Origin: Chrysomallon squamiferum
Taxonomy: Eukaryota > Animalia > Mollusca
Direction: 5' to 3'
DNA: 64,000 nucleotides
Assembly: GCA_012295275.1 (NCBI GenBank)
Contig: CM022670.1
Coordinates: 19,592,001 to 19,656,000 of the forward strand
A program made the position numbers and the translations under genes. Below are positions 1 through 13,698 of this stretch, piece by piece. The notes under the pieces were generated by a model, which saw only the letters and a list, made by a program, of their open reading frames with translations, was not told the origin of the DNA and made no database searches. How positions within the stretch are numbered: position 1 is the first letter of the stretch; each line of letters opens with the position of its first letter.

Positions 1-3000
1 ATACATACATTCGTGCATACCTACATAATTATATACAGCTTTGTACCTGTCTATCAAACATCGAAATCATTCAAATAACTACGCATACAACTCGTAAGTT
101 TGTGCGGCTTTTTAACTTTTATGTGATTCCAAGAATACCCAATTAAATCCCTCAGAAATGAAAATCTTGCTGTTTAATGCTTATATTCAGTTTCTAATGA
201 AAATAATACAGAAGTAAGAAATATTGATGTACACGTTAGTACGAAAACAGACACACACACACATTTTTTTTTTTTATTGGCTGAGTCTACAAATGATTCT
301 TTGTTATTACATTACTGAATTAAGCAATCTTATTTTGTATACGAAGTGAATTTCTAAAGCCTTAAATTCTGAATACAAAACTGTACACGTCTATGTTTGT
401 AGGATTTAATATTTGTTTAATGAAACTGATTGTTAGTGTTATCGTGATTGTTATGATCATTGTCTATTGCTGTTATTTTGAAATTATGCAATACTATGAA
501 GAGAAAAAAAAAACCCATTCTACTGTTGTTTTATCGGTTTTTATTTGCAGACCATTTTTCATGTCCACCTTTCTAGAAAACAAAAAATAACAGAGCTCTC
601 TCTAATGGCACTGTCTGAAACGAAGATTTATAGCTTTATGTATTAGTTCAGTTTAACAAAACTGCCTCGTACGATTAATCATTACCGTTCTCAAGATAAA
701 TATTGAAGCGTCAGGCATGGCGATAAACGAATGATAAAAGTATTAGAATCAGTTTCGTTCACTGCTTGAGACATCACGTTCAATTTTCTTTTACCTTATT
801 CTAATGTAGTTTTGTAATGTCCTGTTTCTATGTTTGTCCCTTTGTATTTTCGCCTGTATTGTGCAGTTTTACTTTAACAGTAGCAGTACTGATAATGAGG
901 ATAATGCTGATGCTGATGATGATGATAATAATAATACTAATAATACAATCATCACTATCATAAATTCAAATGATTGTATTTAAACAAAAATTTCTTATCT
1001 GTTTTCTAAAAATTAATAAAGCAATAAATTAAAACAATGAGAATTATCCTGAAGTGTTGTACTTGACATAAAACGCTTGTTTCTCTTTTATGGAATATAT
1101 TTATATATAAATGCAAAATTAGCGAAATTATTTTACTCAAATAGGTTTTAATTTAATTTGTTTTTTAATTTTATATTTATTTATTTATTTGTTCATTTAT
1201 TTACTCATTCGTTTGTGTGGGTTTTTTTTTAATTAATTACTTGTATAGTACTCTGTTGTATTGTATTTAAATTATATTTCTTTTATATTGTATGGTATTA
1301 TATATTAATACATTACATTACATTTTATTATGTTATTATATTATATTTTATTACCTATCTATGTAGGTGTATCTATTTCTTCCAAACTTAATTTACTTTC
1401 CCTCTGACAAACGTTTCCAGTAAATGTGTAGAAATGCGCACTTAAACCACACCTCTGAAGTGCCGAGGGAGTTGTGATTGGTCAACATCTATTCAGTCTT
1501 TGTAGGGGCGTCGTACTCATCAGTTACTTCGGAAGTCCATCCCTCACAGGAATTGTTACTAAAACACTACTGATGGGTTATTTTATTTATTTATTTATTT
1601 ATTTGAGAGCCGAGAGAACCTGGACTGTCAATTATAACATGGAAATTGTGCAAATAACCACATATACCACTCGTAAGTTCATGCTGCAATTTTAACGTTT
1701 ATATATTTCCAGTCAGTATTAATAATAATCTCTTAAGACAAACTAATCAGAAATGAAAGTGTTAATGCTTATTTCTTGTATCCTGTTTCTGATAGAAATA
1801 ATGCAGCAACATCAAATATTGATATACATGTTATTACGAAAACAGGTATTTGTGTGTGTGTGTGTGTGTGTTGGCTATTGTTGAACTGGATTACTTGATT
1901 TTATATAATAAATTAAGGAACATTACCTCGTGTTTGCAACGAATTTCTAAAGCCTTCCTATTTGAATACATACAAAATAAAAAATAAAATAAAAAGAAGG
2001 TCACTGACTGAAATTATTGAACTATTTATTATTCTTGTCATCCGGTAAACCAAGGGAGAATACTCGCTTAAAGTATTGAAATATTTATTTATTTATATTA
2101 GTTACGTTTCTTTTAAATATACCAAGGAAGATAATTCATATAATTAACTGAAATGTGTTAGCTGTTCTAATTTCCTTCCAATTAACATAAATATTTAAAT
2201 AAATATATACAAAACATAAAAACGTAATTATGCAGGATTATAAATCAGTGGTATGTGGTATCATACAAATTAGAAAATGAGATAATATAATGTAATAATT
2301 ATCTGCAGAAAAAGCAACAAAACGAAATAAATTAATGAAACAAAAGTCTACAAGAAGATTTTTAATTTTATATTTTTGCAAAAATATTTTACGTTTGTAT
2401 GTATATCAGAAAATAACTAATAAGTAAATGAAGAAAGACAGAAGGAATGAAGGAAGAATGAAAGAAAGAAAGAAAAGACAATAATATGATGAATGAGTAG
2501 CAATAACTTTAATTTTTGTATTTTTGCAACAATATTATTCTTTGTATGTCTATCAGAAAAAAAAAATGAAAAACAAAATGACGTTAGAAAAAATGTGTGT
2601 GTGTTCTTAAAACGTTATATTTTAAACAAATCACGTCAGTAAGTTAACATTTATGAAGTCTTTCTTTTGCATAATAATTTTTAACTTAAGATGATGAAAT
2701 TTGAATTCAGCATATTAAAGTAAGTTTTGCATTTATAAAGCTGTTGAATGTCACAATTCATGTACAACTTTGTTATAATACCTGAACATAAGAATAGAGA
2801 ATTATAACATAATGAAATCTTTATTTACATTGTAAATTAGATAAGATGATAACAGTAATGATATAAACCAAAATATCTTAATAAGTGATTAAAATTCATA
2901 TCAATAATTATTATCATAAATTATCAGAATATATAAATTTAATATAAATAACAAATTTGGTTTTAACTGAAGTATGAGACAGTAATAATATAGTTATTAC

Positions 3001-3006
3001 TACTAA

Positions 3007-3754
3007 TTACGACATGTTGATTGCATCGTAAGGAGAAGGTTCATCAACAACATCATTTTCCAGCTTTTCATAAGTAACTGTCTCAGGTTCGCTGCACTTT
3101 TCAGATTCTCTCACATTCTGATACTGATGTTCAGCACTCGAGTTCTTATCGCTCACTTCTTCATAAGCCGTGTCGTACGTAGGAACGTGGTCTGTGTCCG
3201 AGTTTTCTTTCTTCAGTTCTTTCAGTTCTGTCAGTTCTGGTTTCACAACATGTGATTGTTTTCTAATCACCAATCTAAGTGAAAAAAGAGAAAGTATTAA
3301 TTTAGTTTATCGTATACGATATAAAAACACCGAAATTTAAGACCTTATGAAGAGATGTTATTTTGCGTGAGGATATTTAAGTGAAATAAAAATTTAATAC
3401 GGCACATACAAAGTCCATGGCATGACTGTCATAAACAGATTACATAGATATAATATTAGACAATAGGATATTTTATAAACGTTATTTCAAATCACGATGT
3501 AAATATAATTTTCTTTAACTATTTTTATTTTAAATGTTCTGAATATCAAATAATCAGTAAACAGAAATTTAAGAAAATAAAGTATCAACAAGATAATCAA
3601 ATTTGATATTAATTTGTAAACATCTAAAGAAATTGTAAAGGAAGGAATGGTTACCTAGCAATGATTAAACCAGAAATTAGAAAAAGGGTAATAAATATTC
3701 CCAGAGAAATACGCAAACCAACTAAGTTGCTGTTCTCTTTCTTCAAGAACTTAG
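3007..3754 (-). CDS. Orphan TM exon plus tyrosine-motif cytoplasmic tail exon; alternative 3' end of gene 1 or remnant of a paralogue
   Basis: TM exon 3754-3655 (phase 1 to 2; KFLKKENSNLVGLRISLGIFITLFLISGLIIAR) splices in frame to the terminal exon 3274-3007 (LVIRKQSH...PTYDTAYEEV...QYQNV...VTYEKL...SPYDAINMS*). Splice sites are canonical and both exons are open. Confidence 0.72.
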
Positions 3755-4065
3755 CTGAAATTTAAATAAGAACAAAATACAGATATTTCTTAGTGAAAAA
3801 GTTAAACCTAAAGACAGTATAATCTAATTCCATATATATATATAATTCAAAATTACATTGCACGACATCAGACTGGTTGACTGTCCTATGCCGTCATACG
3901 TATATTATTGAACTAATAATCAATATGAATTTGAAAAAATAATTAATTAAGACGAAAATATGTGAAAAAATAGTTAAATGAAATAAGAATATAGATGCAT
4001 AAAAAATATGTGTGCTATGTAAGTGTTTTTATTATTATTATTATTTTAAAGTACATTCGCAGTAC

Positions 4066-4210
4066 CTTCAGTACATGATATTCCGTTCCAACCATCGATG
4101 CACCCATCAACACACTCCCCTCTCTCTGGATCACACGTTTGACGACCATAGCAACGTCTGTCTGTACACTGATATTGGCAGTTTTCTCCATATTCCCCAA
4201 AAAGAACATT
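4066..4210 (-). pseudogene. EGF-like exon with a 1-nt insertion (145 nt)
   Basis: AG/GT-flanked. Removing one T from the T5 run (A5 at 4199-4203 on the plus strand) gives [48 protein letters not shown], similar to exon 11193-11050 (CVDGCIDGW). Confidence 0.7.
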
Positions 4211-4286
4211 CTGAAATTAAATATCTTAATAAATCTTATAAAATTATGAAATATTTTTTCAAAATTACACACACATACGCAAACAC

Positions 4287-4335
<49 letters not shown>

Positions 4336-4549
4336 CCATTGCAATATCGCTTTGAACAACGCAGAGTTAAGTTAAGTCCATATGTCCATAAATTTAGCAA
4401 CTCATTCTAAAATGTGACTTTTATTTCGTTATCATTTTAATAAATTACCCACACAAAATGTGACCTATATGTATGTACCTGTGTGATTAATGTTCAGAGA
4501 CAAAGTAAACAGATTTATATCCTTTATAAAAGAAAAAGATTTATCTTAC

Positions 4550-4580
4550 CTTCAGTGCAGCTATAGTTTTTCCGACCTGA
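4550..4580 (-). pseudogene. 3' fragment of another EGF-like exon
   Basis: Minus strand reads ...GRKNYSCTE followed by a gtaag donor, matching the EGF exon end GW....SCTE; the 5' part is lost. Confidence 0.35.
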
Positions 4581-6470
4581 ATTCATCAGTGTAATTAGGT
4601 CGCCATTGTGAACATAGAGAAAACTAATGACTTACCCAGTCACAAATTTTCCATTGTTATTTTTCTTCTTTGTGTATTAATTGATATATGATATCAAATA
4701 AATAAATAAATAAAATGACAAACAAACAAACAAATTATTATGCGAGAAGTAAAGTTATAAAACTATTCATATTTGGAAGAATATTATTGTTACGATTGTT
4801 GTGGTTGTTACTGTTATTTTTCTTGTAGTTGACGATGATAAGTGATGGTGATGCTGGTGGATATATTACAATACTATAAATACTTCAGTAACTATATGCT
4901 GTTCTTTTATGTTGTTCGTAAAAAGTATTCTGTTGTTTACATTTCTGCTTAGAAGGGGATATGTATATTTGATGTTTTTTTGTTGTTTTTTTGTGTTTTT
5001 TTTGCTTTTGTGTGTGTGTGTTTGTTTGTGTATGTGTCTATGTGTGTGTGTGTGTGTTTATGTTTAGAAAATTGAACGAAAACTATATGTGTCAGTTAAT
5101 TGGTACAATTAATCATTACTGGTAACAGTGTGGCTGTATACAAATTTTGTATCAGTTTCATTAATATTTAAATCGATACGTTCAGTTAACTTTCCTATGT
5201 AGTTTATAGTATCATACATAAAGATTTGCTCCTTTGTATATTGCGTCTGTGCTGTGTACTACTATTAATACTACTACCACTACTACTACTCTTTCTGTTA
5301 TCACAACTGTAACTACTACTACAACCTTCCTTTTTTTTTCTTTCTTTTCTTTCTATTTTATCCAGTTTATTTTTCCGTATTGGTATAATTATATAGTATG
5401 TTTACTGCTACATTTGTTTGTTGTTGTTTTAGATGTTGTTGTTGCTGTTATTATTATTATTGTTATTATTATTTTTATTATTATTTTTATCGTGATTATT
5501 ATTATTATTATAGTTTTTATTTCCAAATTAATACATCGTTTTATTGTATTTTCCGGAAAAAATGAACAAGACTATAGATGCAGACACATGAACAGAAACA
5601 TGCTTCGCGCATTTTAACTGCACTTTAAAAGTTTTGCTCCCGTGACACATCAATGATTATGGTGAAGTTAACGGAAGTAAACATCTGTAGAAATATGACG
5701 AAAAAGGTACGTCTTAAAAGCATTGTTTTAACGAAATTAAAGAACTCGAGAATTCAATTGTTTTATAGTTATATCGATATTTCGATCTAGTTTAGAATAA
5801 ATAATAATAATAATAATAATAATAACAACAACTACAACTACAACAACAACAACAATAATAATAATAGCTGGCACTTTTCTATTTTGTTAAGTGATAAATA
5901 GTTAAGATACAGATCAGTAAATAAAAACAATTAGAATTGTGTTGAAGTGTTGTACTTGACTACATAAACACTCGTTCCTGTTTGAAGTTAATTTTTGTGT
6001 CACCACGGTTCATAGATTTGTTTAATCTTGTTAGGTTATTACAACATCAGATAGCTAGTCACCCAGTAATCATCTAATTTCTCTTACTTGTTTTCCACTA
6101 AAGCGCTTTATGTTATCTTAAAAGTCATATGTATATGTACAAACATACACATAATAATTATATACAGCTTTCGAATTTATCTAACTAGATGTATCTATTT
6201 CTTTCAAACTTAATTTAGTTTTCCGTTGACAAAATTATGCAGTAAATGTGTAGAAATACTCAGTTAACCACTCCTCTGAAGTACAGAGGGAGTTGTGATT
6301 GGCCAATAGCTGTTCATTCTTTGTAGGGGCGTGGTATTCAGCAATTACTGCGGTAGGTCATTTCAGCGTACGATGTTTTGACTGTCAACCGACAGACCCT
6401 GGATTTAAGACTCAGAACTCTCCGCTGTCAGTTATAACATCGAAATCGTTCAAATAACCATGCATACCAC

Positions 6471-7360
6471 TGTCACGGGGCCCAGCGTATAAGAGGTTTT
6501 AGCTTTCAAGTGCTAACGGCCCTATTAGTATTAAAATATGGCTCGTTTCTTGCCTAGGATTTGCACCTTTGGTGGACCCGCTGACTGTGCAATTAAGAAA
6601 CTGTGACGACTGATTATAATAGATATATGTATTTGCATATATTGCAGATATAAACTATATATAATATCAAGTATGCACTAAGAACACCAAAACAAAACAC
6701 AATATTTATATTACAAAGATAATTATTTATATTACACATGGATACTTATTATTTAGTGGTTGAGGACGCGGGATGAACTGGCGTTAAATGAAATACTATA
6801 ATTCTTAATTCTTTTAATTTTCCCTAACACGTTTAGTTAGAAATAAGTATATATCTCAAACTCTCTATGCAGCATAAACAGGTTACATCAAATTGATCAA
6901 CAAATCAAACCCGACTATACAGAAACAGGATAACCATTTGTCCGTGCTTCAAACAAAGACAACGCAAAATACAGTTACCAACATAATTGCCTAATAATGG
7001 CCGCCAACTCCTCGTCCCACCCGTGTCTTCTCTTTGTTCTTTGTGGTTTCTCTCATTCCTGGGCTCTTTTGACTTTTACGTAAATAAACACGTCGCGGAC
7101 TTCCCTGAAGTCAGCAGAGCGTAGCTGACAAAAATTCCTTTTGTCTCTCGCTAATGATCATTAGTTGTTAGGTGATTTCAGTAACTGGATTACTGTTAAC
7201 TAATAGTAGATATTTGATTAATAAATAGTGTTAGGAATATTTGTAGAAATGAATGGTTAACATAATTACTTTAAGGATATATATATAGATTAATTACGAG
7301 ATGTTAAAATATATTAAAGTAAGCCATTTAGGTAAATATTAAATATGTTACCGACATTTT
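6471..7360 (-). mobile_element. Possible solo LTR remnant (right boundary uncertain)
   Basis: Homology to block 1365-1670 stops abruptly at 6470, where TGTCACGGGG begins. The minus strand ends ...acgagccatatttt...ccccgtgaca. No target site duplication found. Confidence 0.35.
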
Positions 7361-7727
7361 CAAAAACTATACCTTAAAAGTAAAACAATATAAAATATTA
7401 TAATAAGTAAAAAAAAATAGCTACCAGCGAATTCTACAAGTAGATATAACCTAAATTGCGATCCTGAAAACAATCATATATATATGTATATGTATATGTA
7501 TGTATGTTTGTATGTATTTTATATGTTGGTTGAGTCGACTATTGATTTTCAAAGTCATTTCAAATCAGCATGTAATTATGATTTTTTAATATTTTTTTTT
7601 ATTCTAAGAGTTCTGAATATCAAGTATCAGTAAACAAAAAATTAAGAAAATAAAGTTTAAAGTTGATAATCAAATTTTCCATTAACGTGCAGCAATCTAA
7701 ATAAATGGTACAGGAATCAGTTCTTAC

Positions 7728-7833
7728 CTATCAATGATTAAACCAAAAATTACATGAAGTTTTGAATCATACGCGAAATAATTTCAACAGTAATAATTAT
7801 CAAAGAATTTTTTTTTTACTGGAACTAAGATGG
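7728..7833 (-). pseudogene. Degenerate TM exon, paralogue of 3754-3655
   Basis: Ends ...tttggtttaatcattgatag/gtaag versus ...tctggtttaatcattgctag/gtaac. Adjacent intron 7545-7727 aligns with 3480-3654. It has an in-frame stop and polar substitutions. Confidence 0.6.
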
Positions 7834-8566
7834 CTGTATTCTAAGAATAAAATATATTGTACAGTAATTTAAATTTTTCAAAAAAAATTTCGAAGTGTTG
7901 TTGGTCAAAACCGTGAATACCAAATCTGCAGATAAGATATTCCATTCTTCTAGGATTTAATGTTTGTCTAATGAAACTTCAATATATTTGTTTTGACTGT
8001 TAGTGTTATCGTTGCCGTTGTCGATGAAATGATTGATTTTTGTTGCTCTTAGTTCGGAACTGTGCAATACTATGAAGAGAAAACACTCTGCTCTTGTTTT
8101 ATCGATTTTATTTGCAAATCCCATTATATATGAAAATAACATTGCTCTGTATATTTGACTTACAGTTTAGTGTTATGTATTAGTTCAATTTAACAAATCA
8201 TTATCGTTCTCCAGATAAAAAAACTGAATAAAACAATCATCATCATCATCATAAATTCAAATAAGTGTTGTTTTTTTAAAAATTCTTATCTATTTTCTAT
8301 AAATAATAAAACAATAAATGAAAACAATGAGAATTATGCTGAAGTGTTGCACTTGACATAAAACGCTTGTTCCTCTTTCATACAAAAGCTTTTGTGTCAG
8401 TGTGATTCGCTGCTTTTGTGAATCCGTGTCATTCCGATATTCCAAAGCAGGCAACTTAGCAACCAACACATGTTTTATGCATTACTCTATGTAAATAAGA
8501 ATATTTAAATTATAAAGAAAAATCGTTTTAAAAATAAAAATAAATTAGGTACTTTTGCAGAGTTCC

Positions 8567-8605
<39 letters not shown>

Positions 8606-10024
8606 TGATGATGATGATGATGATGATGATGATTACATTACTGATAGATATATAACAGCCACTACTACTACTACAACTACCACTACTAATTCTACTGCTA
8701 TTACTACTACTACTACTACTACTACTGCTACTACTGCTATTATTAATAATAACTACAACAGTAATAATATTAAACAGAACACTACAGCGTAACATTTTAT
8801 AATTAAATATTCACAGCACATACCAGTCATAATACAACTCGAAAACAAAAACATAATAACAAACATTAGATTAAATATTTTATTATGTTTTCATAAATAA
8901 AATTCACGTAGTTGTCTAGCTGGAATGCTATTACCAGACAGAACAGTTAGAATACAAAGAAATATATTCATAAAGCATAAAAATATATAACATATATTTA
9001 TATAAATACAAAATCAGCGATATTGTTTTTACTGAAATAGCTTTTAAATTATTTTTTTTTACTTTATATTTATTTATTTATTTTATTTTATTTTATTTAA
9101 AATACTTTTTTTATTATTTTATTTTATTTTTTATTTAATTTACTTTAGTTAATTATTTGTACCGTATTGTATTATAATATATTGAATTATATTACATTCA
9201 AAAATATTATACTTTTCCTTCGTTGGGCAAAGACTAAAATATGTATCATATAAATTTAAAGTTATACTCATTTTATATATTCTAATGTATCTAATTCATT
9301 TTCTTCAAAATGTAATGCGATACAAGTTTCATTGTTGCAAAACAAGTAATATAATTAAAACAATGATGTATTTACTTAGCAGTGTAATTTTATCACTGAG
9401 ATTACAAGCATTTAAAAAACAAAAAATCAGACAACGATTAGATATGAATACCATTATATCCTAACCAGAATTTTGAAATTTAACCTGAATTAACCTATTC
9501 AAGCATTACACATTTTATGTGTATTAAAGACATAAAGTGTATTGAACATAATGAAAATATTAGTATAAATAAAAGGTTCAAACAGCAAAATACATGTATG
9601 TAACAGTGAATCTAGAATATACTCTGAATACATTGAACTTGATTGTAAATAAAGTTTCAAGCATTAATGTAAAGCACTTAAATATATAAAATAATATGAA
9701 ATTAAGTAATATAACTTTCTTACAAAATCATTACAGCTGTTGTTAAATGCTACCTGTTGCTGCAATTTGTCAATAAATATTAGGTATATATTTTCTAAGT
9801 CCTTTCATCTGTCTGATAAACATATGAGGTTTTTATTATTATTTATTTATTTCATTATTGTTTTATTTATTTACTTTATAAAATAAGAAGCTATTATTAT
9901 TTATTTATTCACTTACTTACTTACTTATTTATTTATTTATTTATTTATTTGTTTGTTTGTTTGTCTGTTTGTTTGTTTGTTTGTTTAGTTTGTTTGTCTT
10001 TATATCCTTGTATCATGGTGATCC

Positions 10025-10913
10025 TTATTCAGCTTTCACTTCTACTGCACTGTCGTCATTGACGACACAATCATTTGTCTTTTGGTTTTGTTCCTCGCTG
10101 TCTTTTATTTCAGATCTCACATCATCTTGTTTTGTTTCTCGTTCGTCATTTTTGTCTACGTCTGCAGAATATCCGCTGTTAGCATTACCCTCACTGATTT
10201 CACGTTCACTTTTAGTGTTTTGAACTCTATACTTTTTTACTTTTCTCGATAGAAGAACCATCCTGAAAAGTCATCAATAAGTGGTTATTTTATTTGAATA
10301 CTCTTATGGATGTGTGCATAAATAAATAAATAAATAAATAAACGATTTTGCTCTATGGAGAAGTATCTAGTAATACTGTCAAATTACAATAATAATAATA
10401 CAAACATTTCACTCTGTATTACCGAATGAAACTCTTCATATTCTAATAAAACGATAAGTAAAGCTGGAAGAATATCCAGTATAATTTGTTTTAAATAACT
10501 ATTAAAATTAACTGAATTTCAGAAAAATTTCAATTCTAATTCGAAAATGTAAATTATTTAACTAGTGGTTATAAAGTGTAAGAAATTTTATTCTATTATT
10601 AATTCAAACATTTCTTAAAACAATGGTAATTCTATATTCACTCATACATCTGGGTGTGCGTGTGTGTGTGTGCGCGTGCACTCGTTTACACTTACCTAAT
10701 AATAATAATTACGACAATAATATACAGTATCCCTCCTGCTATTAACAGAATCATTGTTAAAGGAATTTGGGTTTTCCGTGATGAAACTGAAAATAAATTA
10801 TATATCTCGCATTAATTTGAGAGACAGAATGTTTTGTATTTTAACTGCCAATTAAATAATTCAAGAGAGGAATGAAGAGTGATATATCTATCTGTCTACC
10901 TATATATCTATCT

Positions 10914-10993
<80 letters not shown>

Positions 10994-13607
10994 AAAAAGA
11001 AGAGAAAAAAAGAGCTTAACAGACAGACATAGATGACAGAGATTGGTACCTTTGTTACAGGATGTTCCACGCCAGCCATCAATACATCCGTCTACACATT
11101 TTCCAGTTATGAAATCACATCTATGGCTACCACAGCAGTGTCTGTCCTCACAGTTCTGTTTACATGCCAAACCATAAGTACCAAATACACAGCCTGAAAT
11201 ATCAATTTAACAAACGTCAGTGAAAAATCTAAAATAAAACATAAGAAAAAGTTATAACCAAATATTGCATATCGTTAAAATATTACAGACCACATTAATG
11301 TTGTTTCAAATGTCTATTTCTGATTATTATGATATAAGTTATATTATCTTACTAAAAATATCTTCACTACCTTTAAACAGTCATTATCATACGAATTTTC
11401 TTACATTAAATATCATACAAAATCATCATCTAACGTGCAAAATCAGTATAGTTATTATCTGACGTTTCGATATTGGTTTTATCTTACGGTGAATACAGCT
11501 TAAATTTCGCCATCCCGGTTTACATCCTCCAATGCATTCTCCAGTCGTGGCATGACAAGGTGAGTTATCGTTCTTGCACTTTCTCTTTCTACAGTCTAAG
11601 CTACAGTCAGTGCCGTACGTTTTATCACATTCTGAAACACCAGTATTAATGCTAATCATCATAAATCTTACGTATAAAACTTCTGAAGAGCGCAGGATAC
11701 TGCACTATAAGATTACATATTTAAAAATTGTCAAATAAGTCAAATTAATAGACTTTTCCTTGCTTTTGCATATAATTGTACTTTTCTCATCAGTATATAA
11801 CAATATATAATTCTAACATATTTGTTATATACAGATTCTTTAAAATACACTAATCTCTTTAATTACTGAGTTATTATCACTAATTTCTTAATCATATTTT
11901 AGTAAGTGAAACTTAAATGAAAAGATTTTCAGATCAATACCACAATTTATTATTTTTAAATTACCTCTGCAATCACTGCCCTTCCAACCAGCTTTGCATC
12001 CGTTATCACATTTTCCATCAACAGGATTACAACTAGATGCACCGTAGCATCTCCTGGCTGAGCAAGCCAACATGCAATCCGTTCCATACGATCCACCTGG
12101 ACAAACTGAAAAAACCCACCAAACAACAATGTTCCATATTCAAGGGCAAATACCGTGATAATTTTGAGTTTAGATTAATTTTTATAATGTTAATCGATTT
12201 TTACATAAATTGTAAGGAAAATATATTAATATTAAAATATAAATATTATTATTATTATTATGTAAGATCTTACAAATATAGTAAATAATATTGTCTAGAA
12301 CGGTTGTGCAGTCACGTAACAATAAAACGACTAAAGCTTGAGGGTTCGTTGTCCGAAATACTTTGGACTGAATTGTTCGGAGTTTCTAATATTAGGAGAT
12401 AGCCTGTATCTTTTCGAATGGTGGAATTCTCAATCTGTACTTCCTTTGTTGCATGGTATTACAAAATTAAGTTAATCCGCGTGATCAGTGCCATTATCAT
12501 GTGTACAGATAGAATATTAAAAAAAATACCGTTTATGCTGTAGCTATTAAAATTACCTGCTGAACAGTCCTCGTTTGTCCAGCCTTGTTGACAACCTCCG
12601 ATACACATTCCTAAACTGGAATCACACGTTGACGTCCTTAGACAGTGGCGGTCTGAACAATGTTTTTCACACTGATGACCGTACGTTATTCCGTTTTCAC
12701 ACTCTGAAATAGCATTTAATAGTAATATTTTTTCTTTTAAAGTTTTATTTTAATCATTATAAAATGGTTGTTATTCTTAAAGGTTACTGCAAATAAAATG
12801 TGATTTTTATTTATTTGTTTTTGTATATATTTGTCTTTCATTGCAGTTTAGGAGTATTAATACAGGCTACAATTTAGATTTTATTTAACTGTCAAAATAG
12901 CAGTCATGTTTTAATTCGTGGATTAATATTTACCTTCTGTGCAGTCTGGCTTTCTCCATCCTAACTGACAGCCTCCTACACACACCCCGGTTTGAATATC
13001 ACAGGCTGAATTGTTCAAACAGTGACGATCAACACAGCGTTTCGTACAGCCAGAACCATACCTGATTCCTTCTTGGCATTCTAAAACACATTATGGGATT
13101 GCTAATATTTACAGTCAAGCGTGTAATACCCCAGAAGAAGTCCATTTTATTAAGGCGTAAGCATATGATTGATTTTTGTTTCTTCGTAACTACATAATAA
13201 TTTTAAGATTTTGCAATGTCTCTCAAAAATGTATTCGAAAACAAAATTGCATCTGGGCTTCATAACATCTGAATTTCTAAGATTGTTAGATTTCGTTAAT
13301 AACATAGAATTAATATATAAGATTTCTAAATATATAACAAGACTATGAAGCTGAAATATATTACCTAGAGTACAGTCATCTCCCATCCATCCTGGTTGGC
13401 ATCCCGAATAACAAAGCCCAGTGAGAGGTTCACAAAAAGGATCACTTTCAGCACAGTGTCGATCTGAACACAGCTTACTGCAATCAGGACCGTACTCTCC
13501 AGGGTTACACACTGGTGCAAATCAAACAGTGTGTTAAATAAAAAACAAAAAAAAAAGTCTTCTCAAGGTAAAAAACGTGAAAAAATGAGAACACATAGCA
13601 CATGCAG

Positions 13608-13698
<91 letters not shown>

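Larger units (their letters stand above)
60..8400. repeat. Mosaic of diverged local duplications
   Basis: Approximate pairs: 60-370 with 1640-1970; 400-1090 with 7950-8380; 1020-1670 with 5915-6470; 3480-3760 with 7545-7835. Confidence 0.7.

Noticed and set aside
5234-5617. ORFs with poly-I/L/T/N/Y, ERER, HTHT or MYVC runs here and throughout (e.g. 8505-8795, 19787-20177, 35325-35580, 44528-44905, 59885-60220)
   Set aside because: They are translations of (AAT)n, (AG)n, (AC)n and (ATAC)n microsatellites with no coding signature.
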